Assembly (NCBI GenBank): GCA_022729235.1
Contig: JALDAJ010000001.1
Location: 160,001 to 224,000, forward strand
DNA length: 64,000 bases
Reading direction: 5' to 3'
Source of the DNA: Candidatus Nanohalarchaeota archaeon
Lineage (GTDB): Archaea; Nanohalarchaeota; Nanosalinia; Nanosalinales; Nanosalinaceae
The position numbers and the translations under genes were made by a program. Of the stretch, positions 19,540 to 29,021 are shown in pieces. The notes beneath the pieces were generated by a model. It searched no databases. It was not told the origin of the DNA and worked only from the letters and a program-made list of their open reading frames with translations. Positions within the stretch are counted from its first letter, which is position 1, and each line of letters begins with the position of its first letter.

Positions 19540-20496
19540 CTACCTGCCCCCAAGATCAGCTATTTTAGCCAGAAGGGCCTCTATCTGGATGTCGCTGCTT
19601 CCGCCTTCCGCGATCCTGAACTCGAACTCTCCCAGGTTTTCTATAATCTCGAGCTTGCCTTCCTCGGAGATATCCAGGTCGAACACCTCGCGGTGAATCG
19701 AGTTGATAACGTCCTGACCGTCAAGACCTCTGTCAATCATCAGCTCCGAAAGCTCATCTCTAGCATCCATGAAATTGCCGTCCAGAGCCGATTCAAGTAT
19801 CTCGTTAATCTCCTCCGGTCTCAAGGACGCGGCAGAGTCGTAGATATTCTCTTCCTCTATCTTGTCCCGCTGGATGGCACCGGTCTGTAGTATGTTCGTG
19901 ACTCGCCGGAGGTCGCCGCCAGCGACCCTTATCACGGCATCGACCGCGCCCTGTGTTATCTTGAAATCCTCATTCTCCGCAACCCTCTTAATGTAGTCCT
20001 TCACGTCATCCTCCGCCAACCTGTTAAAGCGGAAGACGGCGCATCGGGACTGGATAGGGTCGATAATCTTGGAGGAGTAATTGCAGGAAAGTATGAAACG
20101 GGTATTCTCCGAGAACTGCTCCATCGTTCTACGCAGTGCCTGCTGGGCGTCAGCTGTTAGAGCATCTGCCTCGTCAAGAAACATTATCTTGTAGTCCGCA
20201 TTGATGGACTTGGTGCGGGCGAAGTTCTTGATGTTCTCCCTGACAACGTCGATACCTCTTTCGTCAGAGGCGTTGGTCTCCATAAAGTTCTGTTTCCAGT
20301 CATCACCGTAAAGATCCTTCGCGAGCGCGATAGCTGAGGTCGTCTTACCAGTTCCCGCTGGACCGGCGAACATCATGTGAGGGACAGAGTCCTCCTCCAC
20401 GAATGCTTTCAGCCGGGACTTTATGTCCTTATGGTTTATAACCTCATCAAGAGTGTCAGGACGGTATTTTTCAGTCCATATATCGATCTCAGCCAT
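19540..20496 (-). CDS. rfcS: replication factor C small subunit
   Basis: WTEKYRP, GPAGTGKT, NASDERGID, LDEADAL and IQSRC motifs. No intein. Confidence 0.97.
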   Translation of the reverse strand: MAEIDIWTEKYRPDTLDEVINHKDIKSRLKAFVEEDSVPHMMFAGPAGTGKTTSAIALAKDLYGDDWKQNFMETNASDERGIDVVRENIKNFARTKSINADYKIMFLDEADALTADAQQALRRTMEQFSENTRFILSCNYSSKIIDPIQSRCAVFRFNRLAEDDVKDYIKRVAENEDFKITQGAVDAVIRVAGGDLRRVTNILQTGAIQRDKIEEENIYDSAASLRPEEINEILESALDGNFMDARDELSELMIDRGLDGQDVINSIHREVFDLDISEEGKLEIIENLGEFEFRIAEGGSSDIQIEALLAKIADLGGR

Positions 20497-20558
20497 TATT
20501 CGACCCTAGTCATCAAGTCGGATACTAAGCTTTTATTCTTTCATCTGAACCCTTCACT

Positions 20559-21059
20559 ATGCAGGTCGTAATAACCGGGACGCCCGGGACAGGGAAATCG
20601 TCCGTTGCCCGTGAATTAGAGGGATGGAACGTAATAGACCTCAAGACCTTCATCGAGGAACAGGACATAGGCTCGGTTAACGGCGGAGAGATAGAGGTTA
20701 GAGTAGAAAAACTAGTAGATAGACTCGAAGAAGAGTTCCGAGACTCGGAAGAAAATCTGGTTATAGAAGGTCACCTCTCCCACCACTACGAGGCGGACTA
20801 CTGTATCGTTCTCAGATGTGAACCTGATACACTGAGAGAAAGGCTCTCAGGACGGAATTACGACAGGCAAAAAGCGGATGAAAACGTTGAAGCAGAATCA
20901 CTGGACATTATCCTCCAGGAAGCGATCCAGCAACAGGAGAACATCATCGAGATTGACACCACCGGAAGAGAAGCAAAAGAAGTCGCGGAAGAAGTAATAG
21001 AAAGGATAGAAAATGAGGAAACCGGTTATGGTGAAATCGACTGGAGCGAGTTTCTCTAA
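20559..21059 (+). CDS. AK6/Fap7-type adenylate kinase
   Basis: ITGTPGTGKS, EGHLSH and ENVEAE motifs. Confidence 0.9.
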   Translation: MQVVITGTPGTGKSSVARELEGWNVIDLKTFIEEQDIGSVNGGEIEVRVEKLVDRLEEEFRDSEENLVIEGHLSHHYEADYCIVLRCEPDTLRERLSGRNYDRQKADENVEAESLDIILQEAIQQQENIIEIDTTGREAKEVAEEVIERIENEETGYGEIDWSEFL

Positions 21060-21367
21060 GCTTTCTCCTCAATCCAGTCTTTCAGCTCGTCTTCTTCCAT
21101 CAGTCCTTCGTTCCGCGCGACCTGGTCACCGCCTCTCACTATCACCGTGGTAGGTAGTGCTCTGACCTGCATCTGCTGCGCCAGCTGTTTGTGCTCGTGC
21201 ACCGGAACCTTTCCGAAGTTGACACTGTCGACTTCTCCGGCGACTTCTTCGAAAATCGGCTTGTACTCCTGGCACGGATTGCACCACTCCGCCCAGAAAT
21301 CCAGTATCCATGTTTCATCCGCGTTTTGAATCTCTTCCATCTTGTCAGGATCAATTGTTTCTGGCAT
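21056..21367 (-). CDS. trxA: thioredoxin
   Basis: DFWAEWCNPC active site and VRALPT cis-Pro loop. Confidence 0.93.
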   Translation of the reverse strand: MPETIDPDKMEEIQNADETWILDFWAEWCNPCQEYKPIFEEVAGEVDSVNFGKVPVHEHKQLAQQMQVRALPTTVIVRGGDQVARNEGLMEEDELKDWIEEKA

Positions 21368-21377
21368 ACCGAACCAT

Positions 21378-21737
21378 TCAAATCGAAAGCTTAAGAATTT
21401 CCGGGTGATTGAAACTATCTTTTTTAATCACTAAAATTTCTTCATCATACTCAAACCCTACCGGCTCATACCACGGACTGAGCGTATAAAGAAATCCTTT
21501 AATAGCCTCTTTTGGATCAGTAAGCCGTTCCTTACCCACTCTTTCACACATTCCCGCATTTAGACCTGCCTGAATGTAGCCATCATAAGCTCCAGTGTTC
21601 TTTACACCCACTTGGCCGTTCTCTATAAGTATATTCTCTAAATCCTCTACTAGCTGCTCTAAATCAGGGTCATCCTCAAGATAGACATAAGGAATTGATT
21701 CATCTGAATCCTCTATTTCATAACCTGCGTCCGTCAT
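21378..21737 (-). CDS. hypothetical protein
   Basis: 119-aa acidic ORF, AT-rich, with GGAGG upstream. Confidence 0.6.
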   Translation of the reverse strand: MTDAGYEIEDSDESIPYVYLEDDPDLEQLVEDLENILIENGQVGVKNTGAYDGYIQAGLNAGMCERVGKERLTDPKEAIKGFLYTLSPWYEPVGFEYDEEILVIKKDSFNHPEILKLSI

Positions 21738-21785
21738 TCGCTTCCCTCCTGCATCAAATACTTCCTTAAAATGTTAAACCCTTAA

Positions 21786-22640
21786 TCACGCCTCATCCAT
21801 GTAGACTGTTCTGATAGGGTAAGGGATGTCTATGCCGGCCTCATCGTACTTCTGCTTGACCAGTTCCGTTACTTCTGAAGATGCTTTTACCGGGCTGGAA
21901 CCTGAATTACGGATCCATCCTCTCAGCTTCAGGTTGACCGCTGAGTCTCCAAGCTCATCAACAAGAACCTCTGGCTCCGGGTCTGACTCAATGTTTTCCG
22001 CCTTCTCCAAGGCGCTCTCCGCCAGCTCTTTCGCCTCCTTGATATCGTCGTCGTATCCGATACCTACCATGACATCGAACCGGCGTTTCTTGTACCCTGT
22101 ATTATTGATAACTGTTTCATTGTACAGCTTGGAGTTCGGTACGATAACCATCCGTCCATCATAAGTCTTGATTTCAGACGCCCGCAACCGTATATCCTTG
22201 AGCGTTCCTTCCTGTTCACCTACTTTTAACCGGTCTCCTATACGGAATGGGCGGTAAACCAGGAGGAATAGTCCTGAGATGAAATTAGCTATCAGTTCTT
22301 TCAGGGCGAATGATATGCCAAGTCCTATGAGACCGACAGCAGCGCCAAGAGCCGAAAAAGGAGCTCCAAAGACTCCTAGGACAGCTACGAACGTTAGAGG
22401 GTAGATGATGTATGCAGTCAGCCTTTTTGCGGACGTGATGGTGTGCTCATCCCCGTTATGCCTTTCTATACCTCGCTCAACGACGACATTAGACAGCCGG
22501 TTGATAGACCATCCAAGAAACGCGACCAGCAACGCTGCTAGAAGAGTATACCTGCTTATATTGTACCGCGCCAGAAAGCTCGATGCCGCCGCAAAAACGT
22601 CCTCTCTTGCCACATTTTCCCTCACAGCTACGACATTCAT
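21786..22640 (-). CDS. mscS: small-conductance mechanosensitive channel
   Basis: GLGISFALKELIANFISG, RPFRIGD, VPNSKL and IDIPYP motifs. Start moved to the ATG at 22640. Confidence 0.93.
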   Translation of the reverse strand: MNVVAVRENVAREDVFAAASSFLARYNISRYTLLAALLVAFLGWSINRLSNVVVERGIERHNGDEHTITSAKRLTAYIIYPLTFVAVLGVFGAPFSALGAAVGLIGLGISFALKELIANFISGLFLLVYRPFRIGDRLKVGEQEGTLKDIRLRASEIKTYDGRMVIVPNSKLYNETVINNTGYKKRRFDVMVGIGYDDDIKEAKELAESALEKAENIESDPEPEVLVDELGDSAVNLKLRGWIRNSGSSPVKASSEVTELVKQKYDEAGIDIPYPIRTVYMDEA

Positions 22641-22665
22641 AAATCTTTCCGGTGCTTCTAATGAC

Positions 22666-23604
22666 GTGTACTCCCGTTTCACAGCCCTAGAAGAATTCGC
22701 AGAAGAAGATCTCGACAGAATCCAGAACTCGACCGCAGTAGTCGTGGGTCTTGGCGCAACAGGTTCCGTTATAGCCGAGCACCTGGCAAGACACGGCGTC
22801 AACCTTATCGTTATCGACCGGGACTACCTGGAGGAAAACGACGTCTACTCCAGCAGCATCTATACGCCGGAGGACTGTCAAAAATTGCTTCCGAAGGCAG
22901 AGGCGGCAGGAAGTCATCTCAAACAGTTTACAGGAGTGGAAACACACGTAGAACATCTCAACTCAGGTAACCTCGAAATCCTCCATGACGCCGATATAAT
23001 ACTTGACGGCACGGATAACCTTGAGACCCGGTTTCTTATCAACGAGTACTCGGAGAAAAACGGAGTTCCGTGGGTATACACCGCGGTCCTCGCCGAGAGA
23101 GGGTACTCCATGCTCTTCGATGATAAATGCTTCAGCTGCGTGTTCGAGGACATAAAGGCAGGCTCACTGGGTACCTGTGAAACAGAAGGAGTCATGAGAG
23201 AGATAGCCTCAATAGCCGCCTCCAAGACCGCTCTTAAGGCAGTCAGGTACCTCGCCGGAAAACCCGCGGAAGAGGACCTCGAGATAGTTCCCGGGGGAGA
23301 AAGATTTGAGGTCGAAAACCCAGGGTGTGAGGTCTGTCAGGGAGAGAACTATCCCTATCTCGAGTCCTCGAGGGATACAGTGGCGGTCTGTGGTGAGGAC
23401 AAGTTCCAGATCGAGAGAGATATCTCGGAAAATGCCTTTGAAAGTCTAAGAGACACAGGAGAAGTCGTAGCGGACAATGACTACCTTACACGGGTAGAAA
23501 TCAACGGCAATAGCTTCACTCTGTTCCGGTCAGGAAGGGCGATAATAGAGGCAGAGGATAGAAAACAGGCAAAAGCAGTATTCGACAAAATTATAGGGAG
23601 TTAA
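22666..23604 (+). CDS. ThiF/MoeB/E1-like adenylyltransferase
   Basis: YSR, VVGLGATG, DRD, DGTDN, CFSC, TCETEG and CEVC motifs. GTG start at 22666. Confidence 0.9.
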   Translation: MYSRFTALEEFAEEDLDRIQNSTAVVVGLGATGSVIAEHLARHGVNLIVIDRDYLEENDVYSSSIYTPEDCQKLLPKAEAAGSHLKQFTGVETHVEHLNSGNLEILHDADIILDGTDNLETRFLINEYSEKNGVPWVYTAVLAERGYSMLFDDKCFSCVFEDIKAGSLGTCETEGVMREIASIAASKTALKAVRYLAGKPAEEDLEIVPGGERFEVENPGCEVCQGENYPYLESSRDTVAVCGEDKFQIERDISENAFESLRDTGEVVADNDYLTRVEINGNSFTLFRSGRAIIEAEDRKQAKAVFDKIIGS

Positions 23605-23641
23605 AGCAGAATTTAAATCCTCCCTGCACAAATGATATCCC

Positions 23642-24502
23642 ATGGATCTCGAACAGGACTACGTAGAGTACGTGGCAGAGTTTTCATTGGCATTACTCGC
23701 CATATCCGCGGCGTACTTCTTTGACCCATATGAACCGCTCTCGTACCTCACATTAGTCCTGATACCGGTGCTGTTCGGGTACACCACATACATTTCTCGG
23801 GACAACTTCTCTCAATCCTCTCTTCTAGCACTTATAGCGCTTATATTCGCAGTTATCAACTACAAACTGGCAATCATAGCCGTAATCATTGCCTTTGGGA
23901 ACATCCTCGTATCCTTATTTGCGGGAGGAGAGCGCTTCCGCGACTTCTACAGCACTACGACTCTCCCGATGCTTATCCTGGGAATCCTGATAGGTCTAGT
24001 AGCGTTCTACGCCGCATCCAGCAACCCTGCAGTAGCAGATGAGATAAGGACTAGTTCGGCATCAGTACTCGGGGATTCCGTAGAGACAGCTATCGAGAAC
24101 GCAGACATCATCGAGAGCCAGGAAGAAGCCCAGAAATACATTGTTGAAGAAACCAGCAGCCAGACCGTTGCCGCTACCAGGCTCTACGTGGTCAACGAGA
24201 CCCACCACATGAATGAATCTGAACGGCAGGAAGTCATCGGTATCATGGAAGACGCAGAGGAAGATATACCAGGGATGATAGCTGACGAGGCAGGAGAGCA
24301 GATAGAAGATAACGATATAGATATCTCGGAGACTATTTCAGAACTTATAGAAGCCAACTTCCAGGGAAGCACAATGGCTGTACTAGTGCCTATAGCCGCA
24401 ATATCGCTCTACAGTCTGCAGCCTGTAGTCGGACTACTGACGGCGGTATTCGCATCCATCTTTGCCTTCGCAGCCAGAAGAGGGAGAGACGACCAGGATT
24501 AG
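23642..24502 (+). CDS. membrane protein
   Basis: Several TM segments around an acidic helical region. Confidence 0.75.
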   Translation: MDLEQDYVEYVAEFSLALLAISAAYFFDPYEPLSYLTLVLIPVLFGYTTYISRDNFSQSSLLALIALIFAVINYKLAIIAVIIAFGNILVSLFAGGERFRDFYSTTTLPMLILGILIGLVAFYAASSNPAVADEIRTSSASVLGDSVETAIENADIIESQEEAQKYIVEETSSQTVAATRLYVVNETHHMNESERQEVIGIMEDAEEDIPGMIADEAGEQIEDNDIDISETISELIEANFQGSTMAVLVPIAAISLYSLQPVVGLLTAVFASIFAFAARRGRDDQD

Positions 24503-24545
24503 TGCGTTCCACCCTCTTAAAGATTTAGCCTTATCCTTCACCATC

Positions 24546-27242
24546 ATGGGAGAAATAAAATTTGCGGACGAGTCGGACGCATCAGAGACTCTGCCAGAGG
24601 ATTTTGAACCATACGTGAAGAACTGGTTTAATTCACAGTTCCCTTCCCTGTCAGAACCGCAGAAGCACTCATTCAACCTCATACATAACGATGAGAACTC
24701 GCTTATATGCGCGCCAACAGGATCAGGTAAGACTCTCAGCGCGTTTCTGTCGACTCTCAACCATCTCTTCCTCATGGGAGACCAGGGCGATCTTGACGAC
24801 GAGGTCTACGTACTCTACATATCACCACTCCGGGCGCTCTCCAACGACATACAGAGAAACCTCGAACAGCCGCTGAAGGGTATAAGGGAAGCAGCTAAAG
24901 GTATGGGGATAGAGATGCCAGAGGTTCGGAGCGCGGTCAGGACCGGCGACACATCCCAGAATGAGAGGTCAAAGATGCTTGAGAAACCTCCGCACATACT
25001 CATAACCACGCCGGAATCGTTAGGGATACTGCTTGACTCGCCGAAGTTCAAGGAGAAGCTGAAGAACCTTGAATACGTAATCGTGGACGAGATACACTCA
25101 CTCAGCGAGAACAAACGGGGAGTCCATCTCTCGCTGTCGCTGGAAAGACTTGAAGAGATGGCTGATACCTCTCCGACCCGTATCGGGTTGAGCGCGACAC
25201 AGGCACCTATCGACGAAATCGCGAAATACCTTGTAGGCTACGAAGCAAACGTGGAAACAGGGGAGAAAGAAACACAGGACGGAGAAACTGTCAGGAGCGG
25301 GAAGCCTGCGGATAGAGAAGAGTTCGGGACCCGTGGATGCACGATTGTCGATGTCGCCGCATCGAAGGAAATCGACCTTGAAACCGTATCTCCTGTAAGA
25401 GATCTTATACATACGCCACCGGAAGAAGTGCGGGAGGTAATGTATGATAAGATGCACGACATGATACAGGAACACGAAACCACCATCATATTCACCAACA
25501 CCCGCTCAGCGACCGAAAGAGTCGTGAACAGCCTGAAGGAGCGCTTTTCGGATTATTACGGCGATAATATAGGTGCTCACCACTCCTCGATGTCACGTGA
25601 GGAACGCCTCAGCGTCGAGGAGAAACTGAAGCAGGGAGAGATGAAGGTCGCGGTCACATCGACCTCTCTCGAACTCGGAGTTGACATCGGGAGTGTAGAC
25701 CTGGTTCTCCAGCTAGGGTCGCCAAAGGGCGTTGCGAGAGGTATACAGAGAGTTGGGCGGTCAGGACACCAGATAGGAGAGGTCGCGAAAGGTAAGATGA
25801 TCGTAACTGATAGGGACGAGGCGATGGAGTGCTCCGTACTTACAAAATGCGCGAAGGAGGACGACCTCGACCGCATACAGATACCGACAAACTCGCTGGA
25901 CGTGCTGGCGCAGCACATAGTCGGGATGGCATGCAACCACCGCTGGGGAATCGACCACGCATTCAACGTTATCAGGCAGAGCTACAACTTCGTGGACATG
26001 GACCGGGAGGACTACGACAATGTACTCAAGTACCTGGGTGGCGAATACGAACTGGAAGACCAGAACGTCTACAGGAAGATATGGCTCGACCACGAAGACG
26101 GGCTTTTCGGGCGTTCGGGGAAGATGACCCGTGTAATCTACATGACCAATATCGGGACGATACCGGATGAAACAGGCTACGAGGTCTTAACACGCGGGAA
26201 CAAGAACTACGTCGGCTCGCTGGAAGAAGAGTTTCTTGACCGTTTAACGAAAGGCGACATATTCACGCTGGGGGGAAAGACCTACCAGTTCTCGTACGCG
26301 AAAGGCATGAAGGTTTACGTCGACCCGAAACCGCAGAAACAACCGACCGTTCCTTCCTGGTACTCGGAACGTCTACCTCTAAGCTACGACCTCGGTGTCC
26401 GTATAGGGGAGTTCAGGCGCGATGTCAAGAAGCAGATAGAGATGGGTGCGCCGGACGACGGGATAGTCGAGTGGATAATGCACAACTACTACCTCGACGA
26501 GAACACCGCGCACTCTATCTACCAGTACGTTAAGGAGCAGAAAGACTACTTCGGCGAGGTCTCCACTCACGAAGGTATAACAGTGGAGCGGTACATCGAC
26601 GAGGAGAACCGGCAGAACCTGATATTCCACACAATCTACGGCAGGAGAACACACGACGCGCTCGCCCGCATCCTGGCGCACCTGTTACAGAAACGGGTCG
26701 GGTCGAACATCGGAATGGTGATAGACGACAACGGGTTCATCCTTGTGACTCCACGCCGCCCTATCGATATAGACACATTGATGAACGAGCTCGCGGAATG
26801 CGACCTTGAAGAAGAGTTGAAGGAAGCAGTCGCGAAGACCGAGCTGATGAAACGCCGTTTCAGACACGTCGCCGGAAGAAGCCTTATGGTGCTGAGGAAC
26901 TACGCCGGTAACTCGAAGACGGTTGGACAACAACAGATGAAGTCCCACTTTTTGATAAGCGTGATACGGAACCGTTACGGGGAAGACTTCCCGATGATAA
27001 AGGAGACCTACCGGGAAATCATGGAGGGCGCGATGGACATAAAACACGTCAAAGAAGTCGTGGACGGCATCGACTCCGGTGAGGTATCGTTCGAGGTGAA
27101 GGACTCGCTGAAAGTGCCGTCACCGTTCTCACATAACCTTCTGCTCCAGGGCTCAACCGACGTGGTCAAGATGGATGACAAGAAGGAGCGCCTGCAGAAA
27201 CTGCATAAGCAGGTCATGGAAAGAATCGAAGCCGAGCACTGA
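24546..27242 (+). CDS. lhr: Lhr-family ATP-dependent helicase (Lhr-Core)
   Basis: APTGSGKT, YISPLRAL, TTPES, DEIH, GLSAT, SLELGVD, QRVGRSGH and TIPD motifs. Confidence 0.95.
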   Translation: MGEIKFADESDASETLPEDFEPYVKNWFNSQFPSLSEPQKHSFNLIHNDENSLICAPTGSGKTLSAFLSTLNHLFLMGDQGDLDDEVYVLYISPLRALSNDIQRNLEQPLKGIREAAKGMGIEMPEVRSAVRTGDTSQNERSKMLEKPPHILITTPESLGILLDSPKFKEKLKNLEYVIVDEIHSLSENKRGVHLSLSLERLEEMADTSPTRIGLSATQAPIDEIAKYLVGYEANVETGEKETQDGETVRSGKPADREEFGTRGCTIVDVAASKEIDLETVSPVRDLIHTPPEEVREVMYDKMHDMIQEHETTIIFTNTRSATERVVNSLKERFSDYYGDNIGAHHSSMSREERLSVEEKLKQGEMKVAVTSTSLELGVDIGSVDLVLQLGSPKGVARGIQRVGRSGHQIGEVAKGKMIVTDRDEAMECSVLTKCAKEDDLDRIQIPTNSLDVLAQHIVGMACNHRWGIDHAFNVIRQSYNFVDMDREDYDNVLKYLGGEYELEDQNVYRKIWLDHEDGLFGRSGKMTRVIYMTNIGTIPDETGYEVLTRGNKNYVGSLEEEFLDRLTKGDIFTLGGKTYQFSYAKGMKVYVDPKPQKQPTVPSWYSERLPLSYDLGVRIGEFRRDVKKQIEMGAPDDGIVEWIMHNYYLDENTAHSIYQYVKEQKDYFGEVSTHEGITVERYIDEENRQNLIFHTIYGRRTHDALARILAHLLQKRVGSNIGMVIDDNGFILVTPRRPIDIDTLMNELAECDLEEELKEAVAKTELMKRRFRHVAGRSLMVLRNYAGNSKTVGQQQMKSHFLISVIRNRYGEDFPMIKETYREIMEGAMDIKHVKEVVDGIDSGEVSFEVKDSLKVPSPFSHNLLLQGSTDVVKMDDKKERLQKLHKQVMERIEAEH

Positions 27243-27274
27243 GCTATAAAATCGGGCGGTACAAACAAAGAGTC

Positions 27275-28969
27275 ATGCCTGTTGATCTTTTATCCCATTA
27301 CTTCCTGAGTCCTACAGGACTCCTCGCGCTTCTAGGACTGGTTCCTCTCATAGCGTTCTACTACTTCAAGCCGGAGCCGGAGGAGAAGGTGATGCCGTCG
27401 ATGCAGTTTTTTGCGAAAGAGGAGAAGTCCGGTGTTATCCACAGGGCGTGGAACCGGCTGATGAAGAATATCCTGCTGCTGGTCCACGTACTAGTGATAC
27501 TTGGATTTGCAGCTGCTCTCGCCGATCTATCCCTAGGTGGCGGAGTACCTGACGATGCGGTTATAGTTCTCGACAGATCCGCAAGTATGTCGAGCAGCAT
27601 GGATGATGCCAAAAGTTTCGTGGAATCTAACCTGGGGAACTCCAACACCCTGATACTGGTGGACGATGATATCGAGATCCCGCTGGAGAAAGCTTCTTCA
27701 GGAGAGGTACGCCGTTACCTGGACTCTGTGGAGTCCCGGGACACTAGGACAGATATCGCTGGCGGTCTCGACGTTGCACAGGGATACGACGGCACAGTTG
27801 TTGTTGCGAGCGACCTGAAGCAGACTGTCAGCGACCGTTCAACAGAGAACATGGTCGAGAGCATGGTAACAGAAGGACGTGATGTAAGACTCATGGACAC
27901 CGCTCCGATCAACTCTTGGGGAATCATAGATGTAAACCCTGGCAGGCACAACACTTCAGTAGATATCAAGAACTTCCGCTCTACCGGTCAGCATATCAGC
28001 GTCGAAGTCAACGGGAACACTGAAGAAGTAAGACTGGATGCGGACGAGGTCAGGACGTTGAAATTCTCATCATCTGACCTTAGCAGAGTATCTCTTCCCC
28101 CTGACGAGATGGACGCCGATGATTCTGCATACGTAAGCGTACCAGGAGAACAGGAGTTTGATGTCTTATTGATCTCTGACGACGGTAACCCTTACCTTGA
28201 GAAAGCTGTAGAACTCGTAGACTTCACAAATATCCGGACAGCCAGACCTCCTGTCAATACCGAGTTAGATGCAGATGTTTACGTGATAGGAGAGACCGAC
28301 CGCATCCTTACAGAGACCGCAGAGGAGATAGACTCACAGGTACAGGAAGGTGCTTCAGTCGTAACGTTCGCCCAGCCCCGTCTCAGGGAACTGGATATGG
28401 AAGCCTTACCCGGAGAGCTAGGGGGTGCCGGGCAGGAGAATGTGGAAATAGAGGAACCGCAGAGGATAAACATAGGTCCGACCACGGTTTACGACTTCAA
28501 CAAGAGCCAGGGAGAATCGTTATCCCACCCCGAAAACGCTGTAATAAGGTCAAGTCACGGACGCGGAGAAGTCCTTTTCTACAACGTCAACGACCAGGAC
28601 TTCCGGTACGACTTCCTCTACCCTATCTTCTGGAAAAACGTGCTTGAAGACCTTACAGGCAGACCTACTGTTGAAGAGCTAAACGTATTTACAGGAGAGA
28701 GCATAAACGATTCCAGGATAGAAACCCCTAGCGGAGAGCATAAACAGGGAGAGATAAAGATAACAGAGACAGGATTCTACAATACCTCCCGCGGCGTGTA
28801 TGCAGCAAACCTCGCCAGTGAAGCGGAATCACAGCCTGAAGAAATAGAACCTGATCTGGAGGTAGAGGATGATGAAGGAGAGAGGAGTCTTCAAAACCTG
28901 TTAGTACTTCTACTTGCGGGTATAGCCCTGACAGAGCTGATCTACCTGCGGCATACTGGTGATATATAG
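27275..28969 (+). CDS. BatA-N / vWA domain membrane protein
   Basis: BatA-like N-terminus (PxGLLAL...PS), MIDAS DRSASM...T...SD and a C-terminal TM. Confidence 0.85.
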   Translation: MPVDLLSHYFLSPTGLLALLGLVPLIAFYYFKPEPEEKVMPSMQFFAKEEKSGVIHRAWNRLMKNILLLVHVLVILGFAAALADLSLGGGVPDDAVIVLDRSASMSSSMDDAKSFVESNLGNSNTLILVDDDIEIPLEKASSGEVRRYLDSVESRDTRTDIAGGLDVAQGYDGTVVVASDLKQTVSDRSTENMVESMVTEGRDVRLMDTAPINSWGIIDVNPGRHNTSVDIKNFRSTGQHISVEVNGNTEEVRLDADEVRTLKFSSSDLSRVSLPPDEMDADDSAYVSVPGEQEFDVLLISDDGNPYLEKAVELVDFTNIRTARPPVNTELDADVYVIGETDRILTETAEEIDSQVQEGASVVTFAQPRLRELDMEALPGELGGAGQENVEIEEPQRINIGPTTVYDFNKSQGESLSHPENAVIRSSHGRGEVLFYNVNDQDFRYDFLYPIFWKNVLEDLTGRPTVEELNVFTGESINDSRIETPSGEHKQGEIKITETGFYNTSRGVYAANLASEAESQPEEIEPDLEVEDDEGERSLQNLLVLLLAGIALTELIYLRHTGDI

Positions 28970-29021
28970 TGGTTAAATCCCGGTCTTCTATTAAAAAGAG
29001 AATACAGGAGGTTTTCGAGCG

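Noticed and set aside
22405-22802. Long overlap between the mscS and ThiF ORFs
   Set aside because: An artefact of longest-ORF calling. Starts at 22640 (-) and 22666 (+) remove the overlap.
19540-27242. Inteins in rfcS or lhr
   Set aside because: Lengths are normal and there are no intein termini. The ~25-aa insert in Lhr near 25250-25330 is only a variable loop.
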